Assembly: GCF_006345805.1 (NCBI RefSeq)
Contig: NC_042999.1
Span: forward strand, 58,838,001 to 58,902,000
Source: Octopus sinensis
Lineage: Eukaryota
Length of the DNA stretch: 64,000 bases
Direction: 5' to 3'
The notes under the pieces are model-generated. The model searched no databases and was not told where the DNA came from. It worked only from the letters and a program-made list of their open reading frames with translations. Of the stretch, positions 1-13,324 are shown piece by piece. A program made the position numbers and the translations under genes. Position 1 is the stretch's first letter, and each line of letters starts with the position of its first letter.

Positions 1-326
1 ACTATACGGCAATGTCTTATATAAAGAATACATTGTTTGTACTTCTTGGTATGTCAGTGAAAATACAGCGAAGTAATGGCTGGAGTGCCTGTGATCATAG
101 TTCCACTTGATCAGATGTGACCAAACGCTAAACGCCAACACTTCTGGAACTTTTGTGGAGCCTCTTTCTGGTCTCTAGGTCAGCCAAACGTGGCTGCAAA
201 CGCTCAACTATATTATACTCTACTGTGGAAGAAATAACTGAAGACGTTGTATGGTACATTATATCCGAAAGCTAAAAATAAAAAAAAAAACGAAACATTC
301 AAATGGTGGAGAAAAAGGACAGACTG

Positions 327-560
327 AGTATTCTTTACTACCCACAAGGGGCTAAACACAGAGAGGACAAACAAGGAGAAACAAACGGATTAAGTCGATT
401 ATATCGACCCCAGTGCGTAAGTGGTACTTAATTTATCGACTCCGAAAAGATGAAAGGCAAAGTCGACCTTGGCGGAATTTGAACTCAGAACGTAACGGCA
501 GACGAAATACAGCTACGAATTTCGCCCGGCGTGCTAACGTTTCTGCCAACTCGCCGCCTT
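327..560 (-). mobile_element. tRNA-derived SINE, family B (Meta/MESC-like central domain)
   Basis: Minus strand starts AAGGCGGCGAGTTGGCAGAA (A box), has GAGTTCAAATTCC (B box), then GCCTTTCATCTTTTCGGAGTCGATAAATTAAGTACC. A second copy lies at 63600-63730 and a degenerate one at about 560-710. Confidence 0.8.
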
Positions 561-1589
561 GGTATTGAATACCATCAACTCCGAGGTAATCAAAAACAAA
601 GTAAACCACTGGTGAAATTAGAACTCATATAGTAGAACGACAAAATTTAATACTACGCAATATTTATTTAACCCGGCGCTCTTTGACGTCTTCCACTCCA
701 CCGCTTCCCGAATCATGCTCAGTCTCTCATACAATATGTTACTTTACTCGCTTTGCTATACAGTTATTTTCGCAATGGTAGATTCAGAACTTGTGACTCA
801 AACTACATACAGCTCTGTGAACCAATAATGTAAAAACATTGCAGGGTCAACTTTTCTGAATGTGCTCTGTATCAATTTTATTCCTCATCGTATATTCTTT
901 GATAGAGAAATTCGATAGTTTGCTTTTCAAGCTTATCACGTCACATTTCGTTGTTATGCATCGCTGGTCTCTACATAGATGCGAATGATATGTTGGCTTT
1001 AATGTCTGTGTTAGTACTTAGTTATATCTTTTCATGTCGTTGCCCGAAATATCTTAACTGGTCAGCTAGAAAAGTAACACGTCAAATTGTTGGAGTTATT
1101 GAATAAACGATCGATGAATAAAAAGGATTTATTTAACAGAACTTCATTTTACATGTTACATATAACTCAAAGTCAATCCGGTTAAGTTAAAGGTTCAGAA
1201 AGATAGAAAATATCTACAAAACATTTTTTTATTTTCTATTTGTTTTTTTATATATTTACATTTCAAGACTGAGCTTCCATGCTTGTCTTGATTTCTTTGT
1301 TGTTGACTTAGTGGAAATAAAGTATACAATTTCGATAGACAAAGTGAGAAACGCAACACGTACACGCACACGCACACTCACACACACTATAACGCAATCG
1401 TTACAACATACATACACACATATAAGTAATGATGATTTTTTTTTTTTAGTTATACATAAGAATCAGTCATTATTAATTGTAGAATCACTCAATATATTTT
1501 AAGCAGTATATGACATTTTTTGCGAGGAAAAATTTGACAGGGACTTCGAAAGTGTGGTTATCGTTGGCGAAATTTTATATACATACTCA

Positions 1590-1783
<194 letters not shown>

Positions 1784-1823
1784 CAAGCAGCGGAATCATT
1801 ATGAATATCAAAAGATAAATATG

Positions 1824-2155
1824 GGTAAAGACATCCTTCGGCCATGAATGACCATGGGATTGCGCCTAGAAACTTACCCACCGAGGCACAAATCCGAGGG
1901 ATGTTGTTTTATAGAAGACCAGCAGTCTTCCATGCATACCAGCCTTTCCTCTCCACGCCACCGATGTTGTCTAATGGAAAGGCCGGTACAGCTCGGCGCC
2001 AGTGACGCCGCAACTCATTGTGACATCTGATTGAACTGGAGTAACATGAAATGAAGTGTCTTGCTCAAGAACACAATACACAGCCTAGTCCAGGAATCGA
2101 AATCACTACCTCATGATTGTAAGTCCGATGCTCTAATTACTGAGTCATGCACCTT
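1824..2155 (-). mobile_element. tRNA-derived SINE, family C
   Basis: Homologous over about 330 bp to 38479-38820 and 62413-62750. tRNA-like head at the right end on the minus strand, followed by TGTTCTTGAGCAAGACACTT. Confidence 0.85.
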
Positions 2156-2334
2156 TAATACCAAAAGGTAATCATTGTTATATCCATGTTAACATGGATG
2201 TCTTTTTAGGACATCGAATACTGCATTATTAGCCTTGAGAGACCCTCTCATATAGACGCTTGGTGTATAAAAGTACACACGTAGATCGTAGCAGATCTGT
2301 ATCTTATACATAAATGGCAATTTCTGACTCTCGA

Positions 2335-2480
2335 TCTGTCTGTTACAATCTTGCTACCTACCTACACCAGTGAACCAATCTTGGCGAAACTTTGCATACA
2401 TGTTAAAATAACATCCATTTCAATTATAGGTTAGTTGGATTTCAATAAAAATCTATAATGCTACCCCACAAGGAGGCTGT
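2335..2480 (+). mobile_element. possible non-autonomous Helitron fragment
   Basis: TCTGTCTGT...GAACCAATCTTGGCGAAACTTTGCATACATG resembles internal motifs of invertebrate non-autonomous Helitrons. No termini seen. Confidence 0.3.
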
Positions 2481-2669
2481 GCTATTATTTGATAAAATGA
2501 AAAGAGTAAAAAGGGTGTTAGTATGAGGGAAATATGGTGGAATAGTGAGTGTGGCTGATATCAGGGAAGGGGATAACAGCGTTGTGCAAGCGACAAATAT
2601 TGAGTGGCGGTGGGATGATAACGTTAATACAGCTGTTATTCACGGATGTACACATTTTAAATTTATCCC

Positions 2670-3262
<593 letters not shown>

Positions 3263-3361
3263 GTATATACATATACACATATATATATAATATGTGACCA
3301 CGTGTGTATCGTTGGCGATTTTCTTTCTCCGTCTTCCCTTCTTTGGATCTTTCCTTTTTCT

Positions 3362-3398
3362 ATGTTTCTGACGAAGAGCTCCGCTCGAAACGTTACAT
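3362..3398 (+). ncRNA. minimal type-I hammerhead ribozyme motif in a short repeat (about 3290-3465) between (TA)n tracts
   Basis: CTGACGA (3368-3374), extra A, stem II GAGC-TCC-GCTC, GAAA (3387-3390), CGTT. Stem I ATGT(TT)/ACAT is out of register by 2 nt. Confidence 0.65.
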
Positions 3399-4198
3399 CC
3401 TTCTTCTTTCTTTCCTTTCCTGAGCATCCAATAACACTATACTCGCGTTGTGAAGAAAACCTTATATATATAATATATATACATATATATATATTACATA
3501 TATATATATATACATATGAGCAGTTATGTAACACAATTTTCTGAACCTTCAGATTATAATATGATAGACCACTGGTTTTAAATTGATGTTAATCATATTA
3601 ATATCCAATTTTTCAACCCCACTTTAGATTTAAATTGATTATATATATATATATATATATTGAATGTATCCTTTTCTTAAAATGACTGAATATAAACTAT
3701 TTTCCTTTTTACAAAGATGGTAAAATTGCTCATAAGAAGTTGGGATATGCCTCACGAAGCTGTTTTAGTGGTCCCAACTGTAAAACTTTTGTAAGATTTG
3801 TGTAAAAGGTTTCGTCATTACTCTACCATAAGCTATTAATGTACCAATTCCGTTCATGTAAATGCGATTGTCCTTTTGCTTTGTTTCGAAGACGTAACTG
3901 TATTTGTAGTGTGATCAAGCTTGCGACTTTTATGTAAATATTCATCATGTTATCCAAGCAGACATTACAACTCAACAATTATAAGCTGTTCACAGCAGTG
4001 TCTCTTTATCCTGTTACTAGGTTAGCAAATTACATTTTATCTCCGGTTTTATGCGTATCATTCTGTAAGATATCACGTCTCCTCTCGTGGACTTTCTTTT
4101 TTATATTTGATCAATAATGTGATTTTTTTTTCTATTTCCATGTCCGAAGAGAAAGCATTACCATGTGAATGTTAAAAGCAGTTCAACTTAGAAGCATT

Positions 4199-4237
<39 letters not shown>

Positions 4238-5955
4238 TCTCTGTCACGTTTTATACTGGCTTTTTTATAATGTCTACCAGAATATGTGCACGTAGATACG
4301 TAAATATTTGAAATACTATTCTCGTAATCTCCAATCAACGATGAACCGCAACTCATTTATCCATCGCCACTCCAAGGTTCAGATATAGATTTTGTTTTTA
4401 TAGAACTACAGTGCTGGTCTTAACAGTAAACATGGCGGCTACATTTTTTTTATAATTACCTCCAGTGTTGATTTAACTGTTCTCTTTAACTTTTGTCGCT
4501 GTTCAATATTATTTAGCTTATATAACTGTATGTCTTTCTTATCTCTCGAAGTAAAATGGAAAAGAGATAGCAAGATACAGAACATATTGGGTTTAAAAGA
4601 AAAAGAAGGAAGAAAACCTAAACTTTTCTGTTTTATAGTTTTATAGTTTTCACCATTTTCTTTTCACCTCCATTATATTATCTACTTTTAGAAGTTAGAA
4701 TTTTTTCTATTGGCTTCTTTAGAATAATGTGAAAGGCAAACTGTCTGGAAAATGCACATGCATATTAAGACACCTACACATCCACACACATACACACGCC
4801 ACATTTCACACCAAACACCATATACACACATACATATACCCATATAAGTAATATATACTTTATGTATGTATGTATGTATGATTGTATGGATTTCTGTATG
4901 TATATATATATATATATATACACACACATACATACATACAGAGAACGCGCGAAAGAGCTATATAAATAACATACTGGACTAAGATAAGAATATTCTATTC
5001 AAATGCCATTTTAAGAAATTAAGTATAGAATACTAATCTTAGCGGAAGTTATACTAAAATGTTCTTTTATTCAGTTTCTTTTTTAACCGATAACAAAATC
5101 TTTGAAAAAAATTAAGATGAAGAAAGCCAAAATATAAAGAAACATAAGACAACCACCGCAATAATTCGAGTAAGAAAGTATATAAAATATAACTATATGA
5201 ACAAAACATTCAAAGAATGTCTTAAAAACATTCTCTTAACTTTCTATATTCACAAAAAATGTAACAAAAACATGTTCCCGTTATACAGAAATTGGGAATT
5301 TCTGAAATTGAGAAAAAAACCAAAATAGTCGTGACGGCATGAGTAAAATACTATGTATACAATGAATAAATATTTAAAAAAAAATAGTATGAATAAAATA
5401 AAATAAGAAGTAATGTTGAAGAATTGAAAAGAAATTGCTAAAAAATACAAATAAAGGAATGGATAAACGGAACGAAAGGAGGGAAGAAAATGAAGAGAAA
5501 TTTTTAACACATTTCCCGGTATCGTGCACAAGATGTTGGCCTTTCAATTAACTGAGAATCTCAGTCAGATTTGCCTCGTCCTTGTCAAGTATGTACTTTG
5601 AAAATTCCCGATCACTCACCAGAAAAGATGTTGAAAATATAATGACACAAAAGTAGAGAATAAAAAAACGAATTTACAAACACAAAAGAAAGAGAAGGAA
5701 TGGTTCTTCATAAAAGATTAGATGAATATTCTTTAATTCAAGATTTCAATGAGATGAAAAAAAACTTATAAATATTAAAAAAAAAAAAAAATCGAGCAAG
5801 GCTTAATAATTTGACTTTGCACATTATCTCAATTCAAGACGAGACTGTGAGTGATCGGTGAACATTTTTTGGAAAATTCTATACAAATAGATTCTGTATA
5901 GGAAAAAGTGAGGGATCCAGAGAAAGAGAGTGAGTGGGAGCGTGAATAAATGAAG

Positions 5956-6615
<660 letters not shown>

Positions 6616-7065
6616 ATAGGGAACAAGAGAAATACAAGCAAAGATATAAAGACAGAATGAGACAGAGAGTACGAGGGAAGAGAGAGACGTAAGACCGTAT
6701 CAGAGAGAAAGAGAAAGCGTGTGTGAGTGTGTGTGTGGGAGACAGAGAGAGAGAGAGTGAACGAGAAAAAGACATTGAATCACTAAGAGTGATAAACAGA
6801 AGAACAGAGCGGAGAATATCCAGTACCATAATCATACAGATAGAATATATGGGAAAGAAATGTGGATGAGTCGAGAGTCATATTATAAATACAAACGTAC
6901 CTATATATATATATAAACATAAAAACATATGGGTGTGCATTTTGTTAGTGTGTGTGTGTGTGTGTGTGTAAGAGTGAGAGTGAGTGTGTATTTTGTGCGT
7001 CTGTGTGTGTGTGTGATATTCATACGTTTTCTTTTCGGTTCGTCCTTTAGCGTGTGTTTTTTTAC

Positions 7066-7157
7066 CTTCTGCACAACGATGTTATCTCCAATGGAAGACT
7101 TTGCAGCTAAGAATTCTTCTTTCTTTTGGTACTGGAGGAGGTCAGGTCTAATTATTT
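7066..7157 (-). CDS. candidate coding exon of an unidentified gene
   Basis: CTAG|AA ATA ATT AGA... to CAG AAG|GTAAAA reads (Q)IIRPDLLQYQKKEEFLAAKSSIGDNIVVQK. Phase-compatible with candidate exon 8418-8601. Weak polypyrimidine tract. Confidence 0.3.
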
Positions 7158-7393
7158 CTAGGGTCATTTATTTGTTTATTTGCACGTGACAGTGAATATA
7201 GAACTTATTTTCACATTGATGTAGATCAAGTTTTTGATATGTTTTTAGCAGCAGCTCAACAGAAATTCTGTGGTTTACTGTATACATTGGATTATTTATT
7301 AGCGAGATTATTTACGTTATACTAGACTTGTGACATCACATTAACACATGCATATACACACACACACACATACATACATATATTTGTATGTAT

Positions 7394-7492
<99 letters not shown>

Positions 7493-7854
7493 ATCGATAT
7501 ATATATATATATACTGTTCCATAATAAAAAAAACAACAAAAATAGTACTGCATCTGGTGAGAGATGAATATTATTTATTTAAAGGTCACAATACATGTAT
7601 TTAAGTGCTACTAATAGTTCCATATGTTAAGAAAACTCAAATATATTCTTCAGGCGCAGACCACATATCATAACTAACTAAAAAAATTGAATAATAGAAG
7701 AAACGCTACAAAAACTGGAGTGGCAGCATAGAGAAAACGCAGAAAGTAAACAGAAAATGGAAAACGAAAACACGAAAACTAAAGTGTAAAAAGTAACCAC
7801 TCTAGTATTGATCAGAATGATAAAATGAAACCAAAAAAATAGGTCAAGGGAAGT

Positions 7855-8260
7855 TATTTTGTTTGCTTTTTCGTTTTCCTTTAATAAGAAAGCTAACATT
7901 CCTAAAAGATTCCTGTTTCTCCTAGACAAACAGTTTCCAGCAACTCACAGATACAGAGAAATATTTAATAGACGTTCTGTGAAATTATCATATGGCTGCT
8001 GCTCCAATATGAAGAGTATCATTTACTTGTGGCCAATACCAAGAACCTAAATCCAGTTGCAACTGTCGCGACCCAGGATCCTGTCCACCTGACCAACAAT
8101 GTATGATGAAATCTATCATATATGAGGCAGAGTGTTACTGCAACCCTAAATAATAATGTAGTTGATTAAATGACCTTTATTGGATTATGTGAAAGTGAAT
8201 TTAAAAATCGCTATGCCAATCACAATGCCTCATTCCGATATAGGGATAAAAGTAAAGCTA
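7855..8260 (+). mobile_element. Penelope-like element relic (RT C-terminus, linker, GIY-YIG)
   Basis: NIPKRFLFLLDKQFPATHRYREIFNRRSVKLSYGCCSNMKSII; CNCRDPGSCP..QCMMKSIIYEA; FIGLCESEFKNRYANHNASF. Same family type as 22455-23682. Confidence 0.85.
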
Positions 8261-8417
8261 AGTTGAATAGAAAATAGTTTATTTGTTAGAAAAAACCTAA
8301 AAAATTCATGTTGAATTCTTGATTTTTTAAATGCCACCCATGTTATCAATACTGTCCGGGAAGAGGTCTCATTCTATCATGTTAACGTAGAATTAATTTT
8401 TACTCGAGGCAACGTAC

Positions 8418-8601
8418 GGCTTTGGAAAATATGGACCACTGGTGAAGGAGCTGCATTCATACAAGAAATTTTAGAGTCGATAGGAGAGTGTGTATTCATA
8501 TTTTGAGTAGGTGCAAGATCTTCGGTCTGGTTCGCCATTAGTTGGTAACCAGGGTAGTCCATCATTGCAGAACTAAAGATGCTTCCAGCTCCACTTACGA
8601 G
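8418..8601 (-). CDS. candidate coding exon of an unidentified gene
   Basis: AATCTAG|CTC GTA AGT... open frame LVSGAGSIFSSAMMDYPGYQLMANQTEDLAPTQNMNTHSPIDSKISCMNAAPSPVVHIFQS, then C|GTACGT donor (phase 1). Without splicing it reads through to TGA at 8377. Confidence 0.35.
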
Positions 8602-8649
8602 CTAGATTAACACAGTATATTTTAAATGTGTAAGTATTTTATTTAGTCA

Positions 8650-8667
8650 TTATATATATATGTATAC

Positions 8668-8713
<46 letters not shown>

Positions 8714-8726
8714 ATATATATATTTA

Positions 8727-8787
<61 letters not shown>

Positions 8788-8801
8788 ATAATATATATAA
8801 T

Positions 8802-8900
<99 letters not shown>

Positions 8901-8933
8901 TTATATATAATATATATATTTATATATATTATT

Positions 8934-8973
<40 letters not shown>

Positions 8974-9155
8974 TATATATTATATATATTTAATATATAT
9001 ATTTATATATAATATATATTATTATATATATATATATATTTATATATATAATATATATATATTATATATATATATATATATATTATATTTATATATTTAT
9101 ATATATATATATATATTTTATATATATATATTATATTATTATATATATATATATT

Positions 9156-9208
<53 letters not shown>

Positions 9209-9234
9209 ATTTATATATATATATATATATTATT

Positions 9235-9269
<35 letters not shown>

Positions 9270-9349
9270 ATAATATTATTTATATATATATATAATATAT
9301 ATATTTATATATAATATATATATATATTTATATATAATATATATATATT

Positions 9350-9380
<31 letters not shown>

Positions 9381-9388
9381 ATTATATT

Positions 9389-9421
<33 letters not shown>

Positions 9422-9453
9422 ATATTTATATATATATATATGTATGTATATAT

Positions 9454-9485
<32 letters not shown>

Positions 9486-9497
9486 TATATATGTATG

Positions 9498-9533
<36 letters not shown>

Positions 9534-9546
9534 TGTATGTATATAT

Positions 9547-9624
<78 letters not shown>

Positions 9625-9700
9625 TATATATATGTCTATATATACACACACATATATATATATATGTGTATATATATATATACATATATATCTATATATG
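8650..9700. repeat. about 1 kb imperfect (TA)n/(TATG)n tract
   Basis: Directly visible. Confidence 0.95.
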
Positions 9701-9779
9701 AAATTTATTACTATTTTCGAAACGAAATGATGTATTTTAACTCGATATCATCTCCACCTCGAACACAACACATGTAAAC

Positions 9780-12700
9780 ATGCGTGGAACATTACGACCC
9801 ATCAACACCAGATCATCTCAGACCCCAAACACTATGTACAAAAAAACTACGAAGTAATTAAATAACACCGATATTATTCAACCCAAGAATAGCAATCGGG
9901 AAGTACGTTCATTAAACTTACAACATAAAATGTACGAAAAACTACACGTGCAAAACAATGTGACAACAGAAATGAACGGACCGGTACCCTACGAAAATGA
10001 CGACCGTCAAAATAATGGGCCGGACGTTGTTCCTCATGTCCCGCAAATAAAACCCAAAAGGCATAAATGGACACGTGAGGAATACATTTCTATCCTCATA
10101 CCTATTTTACAGCAGTGCTCTACCCAAAGAATGAAAACACAACACATACATATAAAATATGGAATGAAAACAACATAAATATAGACTTGGATATAGCAAT
10201 GAACCCTAACAAACTAGCAAATATACGGAGATATATTCTCAACGCAAAAAATATCAGAAATAGAAATAGAATATCTAAAAGAAAAAATACATCAGGAAAA
10301 TGTAGATAGAAGCCAGACAACAATGCCCAATAATATAAACACTGAAACAGTAATACACGAAGACAAATGTAACACTCCCAACACGACAAACAAACATATA
10401 AATAAGAAAGAAAACGACACAAATCTAAAACCTGGAAACAATGAAGGGGAGCCTAATGAATATGATAATATAAAAAGTAGAATAATCAAAGAACTGAAAA
10501 CCACAGAGCTCAAAATGGACCACCGACCATACCTCCCAAAAATCAAAATAGACAAAACAACAACACCAATTATAAACAGCATAAACCTAGCCGTCACGGA
10601 ACTAATAGCCACTGAAACAAAAAGCGATAACACTGAGCTAAATAACTTAGTATACGCAGCAGCCACTGCAGCCACAAAAGAAGCTGGATACTCACTCAAA
10701 CAGGAGTACCACCACCCAAACAAACCCTGTGGATAAATAACATCCTAAACAAAATACAAAAAATAAGAAAAGATCTATCGATTCTTAATGAAATCAGTAG
10801 ACAATCAACGCTACTGAGCAACAAAAAGAAAACAAAAATACTCCGCAAATACAACATCACACAAAAAGATTTACCTGAGATAAAAGAAAAGCTAAAGCAA
10901 GATATCCTTGTCAAAGCACAAAGGATCCGCCGGTACGAGAAACACCAGCGCTTCTTTGAACAAAACAAAAAGTTCAACTCCAACCCCAAAAAGTTCTACT
11001 AAGAACTATAAAATAGAAATCACTGCAGCACCAACGACAGAAGAAGTGGAAGAATTCTGGAGAGAAATATGGTCGGCGAACGAACAACAAAACAACGGAG
11101 TATTGAAATAACAAACTCAGCATCTGAGCAACTTTGGACCCCCATAACAACTGTAGAGGTCACCCAGGCACTGCAAAGACTAAGCAACTGGAAGGCACCT
11201 GGGCATGACAAGATCCCCAACTTCTGGTTGAAATATCTAACAGGAATGCACAAAAAGCTGGCTGAAAATTTTAACAACATACTAGCAGAGCCAGAGACAA
11301 TGCCTGAATGGCTCACGAAGGGGAAAACCATCTTAATTCCCAAATCAATTGAGACAGCAAAACCAGAAAACTACAGACCAATAACCTGTCTCCCTACGAT
11401 GTACAAGGCATTTACTGCAGTGATATCGCAAAGGTTGAACAAGCACCTAGACGAAAACAACCTGTTTCCAGAAGAGCAGAAAGGATGCCGCAAAGGCTCA
11501 TACGGCTGTAAAGATCAACTAATGATCAATAAAGCCATAACTGAAGACAGCCACAGAAAGAAGAAAGGCCTCAGTATGGCCTGGATTGACTACAAAAAGG
11601 CGTTTGATAGCATCCCCCACACATGGATCCTCGAAACACTAGCCATTAACAAAGTAGCACCAACAATTATAAAATTCATTAGGCATTCTATGAATAAATG
11701 GCAAACAGTGCTACAGCTCCAAACAAAAGAGGGACTCATGAAAACCAAAGCCATCCCCATTAGAAGAGGAATATTCCAGGGAGACACGCTCTCTCCACTC
11801 CTTTTCTGCTTGGCACTGTCACCTCTATCTGATATGCTAAATAGAACTGGATGCGGATATAAATGTTACGACAAAACGATCAGCCACTTTTTATATATGG
11901 ATGACCTAAAACTATACGCTGCAAATGACAAACAGCTGGAAACACTATTAAAGACAGTTCATGGATTTACCAAAGAAATAGATATGAAATTTGGATTAGA
12001 AAAATGCGCCAAAGTAACCATGAAAAGAGGAAAACTAGTTAAGAGTAGCAACATCACACTAGATAAAACCAATGAAATAAAAGAATTAGACCAAAGGCAA
12101 ACTTACAAATACTTAGGAATCCATGAACTAGATAAGACACAACACACACAAATGAAAGAGAAAATAAAAAAGAATATTATAGACGAGTTAGATCAATACT
12201 AAAAACAGAGCTCAATGCTAAAAACAAGATAATAGGTATTAACACTTTAGCTGTCCCAGTTATAAGTTACAGCTACAATATCCTTAACTGGACACTAAAT
12301 GAACTGACCAAAATAGATAGGAAAACAAGAAAAATAATGACAGGGTCTAGGATGCATCACCCAAAATCTGACATAGAAAGACTATATATACAACATATAG
12401 AAGGTGGTAGAGGCCTTATCCAGCTGGAAAACTACTATAAAATAACAACCATAGGACTGCAAAAATATCTACTTCAGAAGGAAGGAAAACTGATACAAAT
12501 AGCGGCAAAACACGAGCAAAACAAAAAACTGTTCTCGGTATTTAAGGAAGCTGACAAATACAAACAAGAAATCATACCACCTAACAAATATAAAGAAGAA
12601 GAAGAAGAAGAAGAAGATGAAGAAGCAACAAAAGCTATAAAACAAATGAAATCCAAACTAAAACTAGAACAGCAAAGAACCATGATAAAACGATGGCAAG

Positions 12701-12848
12701 AAAAACCTCTCCACGGTAACTACTGGACTAAACTAAATGCAAAAGAAATAGACAAAGAAAAATCCCAGCTATGGTTGAGAAGCTCAGGACTCAAAGCAGA
12801 GACAGAGGGATTTTTAATTGCAGCACAAGACCAAAGCCTCTCCACCAG
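9780..12848 (+). mobile_element. R4/Dong-clade non-LTR retrotransposon, frameshifted, 3'-truncated
   Basis: N-terminal KRHKWTREEY motif. RT motifs NWKAPGHDKIPNFWLK, YRPITCLPTMYK, WIDYKKAFDSIPH, GIFQGDTLSPLLFCLAL, LYMDDLKLYA, RLYI...GGRGL. The sequence ends at ETEGFLIAAQDQSL, before the expected CCHC knuckle and restriction-like endonuclease. Confidence 0.9.
11069..12202 (+). CDS. reverse transcriptase domain of the R4-like element (fragment of one frameshifted ORF)
   Basis: 377-aa stop-free ORF with the non-LTR RT core motifs, including YMDD. Confidence 0.85.
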   Translation: MVGERTTKQRSIEITNSASEQLWTPITTVEVTQALQRLSNWKAPGHDKIPNFWLKYLTGMHKKLAENFNNILAEPETMPEWLTKGKTILIPKSIETAKPENYRPITCLPTMYKAFTAVISQRLNKHLDENNLFPEEQKGCRKGSYGCKDQLMINKAITEDSHRKKKGLSMAWIDYKKAFDSIPHTWILETLAINKVAPTIIKFIRHSMNKWQTVLQLQTKEGLMKTKAIPIRRGIFQGDTLSPLLFCLALSPLSDMLNRTGCGYKCYDKTISHFLYMDDLKLYAANDKQLETLLKTVHGFTKEIDMKFGLEKCAKVTMKRGKLVKSSNITLDKTNEIKELDQRQTYKYLGIHELDKTQHTQMKEKIKKNIIDELDQY

Positions 12849-12851
12849 TAG

Positions 12852-12957
12852 AACAACGACACGTGTTTCGTGGCTATATTTAAGAAATGATTATAGTAAA
12901 AATATTAGTAGCAGTAGTAGAATCACTTCACTATAAATATATCCCCTCATTATTGTT
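12852..12957 (-). ncRNA. degenerate hammerhead ribozyme motif at the R4 truncation point
   Basis: Minus strand: AACAA-TAATGA (damaged CTGATGA), stem II GGGGATATATTTA...TAAATATAGCCAC, GAAA-CACGTG-TC, GTTGTT (stem I partner). Confidence 0.55.
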
Positions 12958-13173
12958 AAAAATATCTACAATAATAAAATAATTAATAATTAAATATACG
13001 TAAATAATCTTTTAAAGTATTTTAAGATTTTTTTTATTTTTTATTATTTATTTTAAAAGGTTTTATTTATTATTTTGCACATTACTTAATCATCGGTATA
13101 TTTTTTATCGTATATTTATATATATATATATACAAACACACACATACACACACACCACACACACACACATATA

Positions 13174-13251
<78 letters not shown>

Positions 13252-13263
13252 GTGTGTGTGTAC

Positions 13264-13324
<61 letters not shown>

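Noticed and set aside
228-280. CTGAAGA...GAAAGCTA hammerhead-like spacing
   Set aside because: Stem I cannot pair and stem II is poor.
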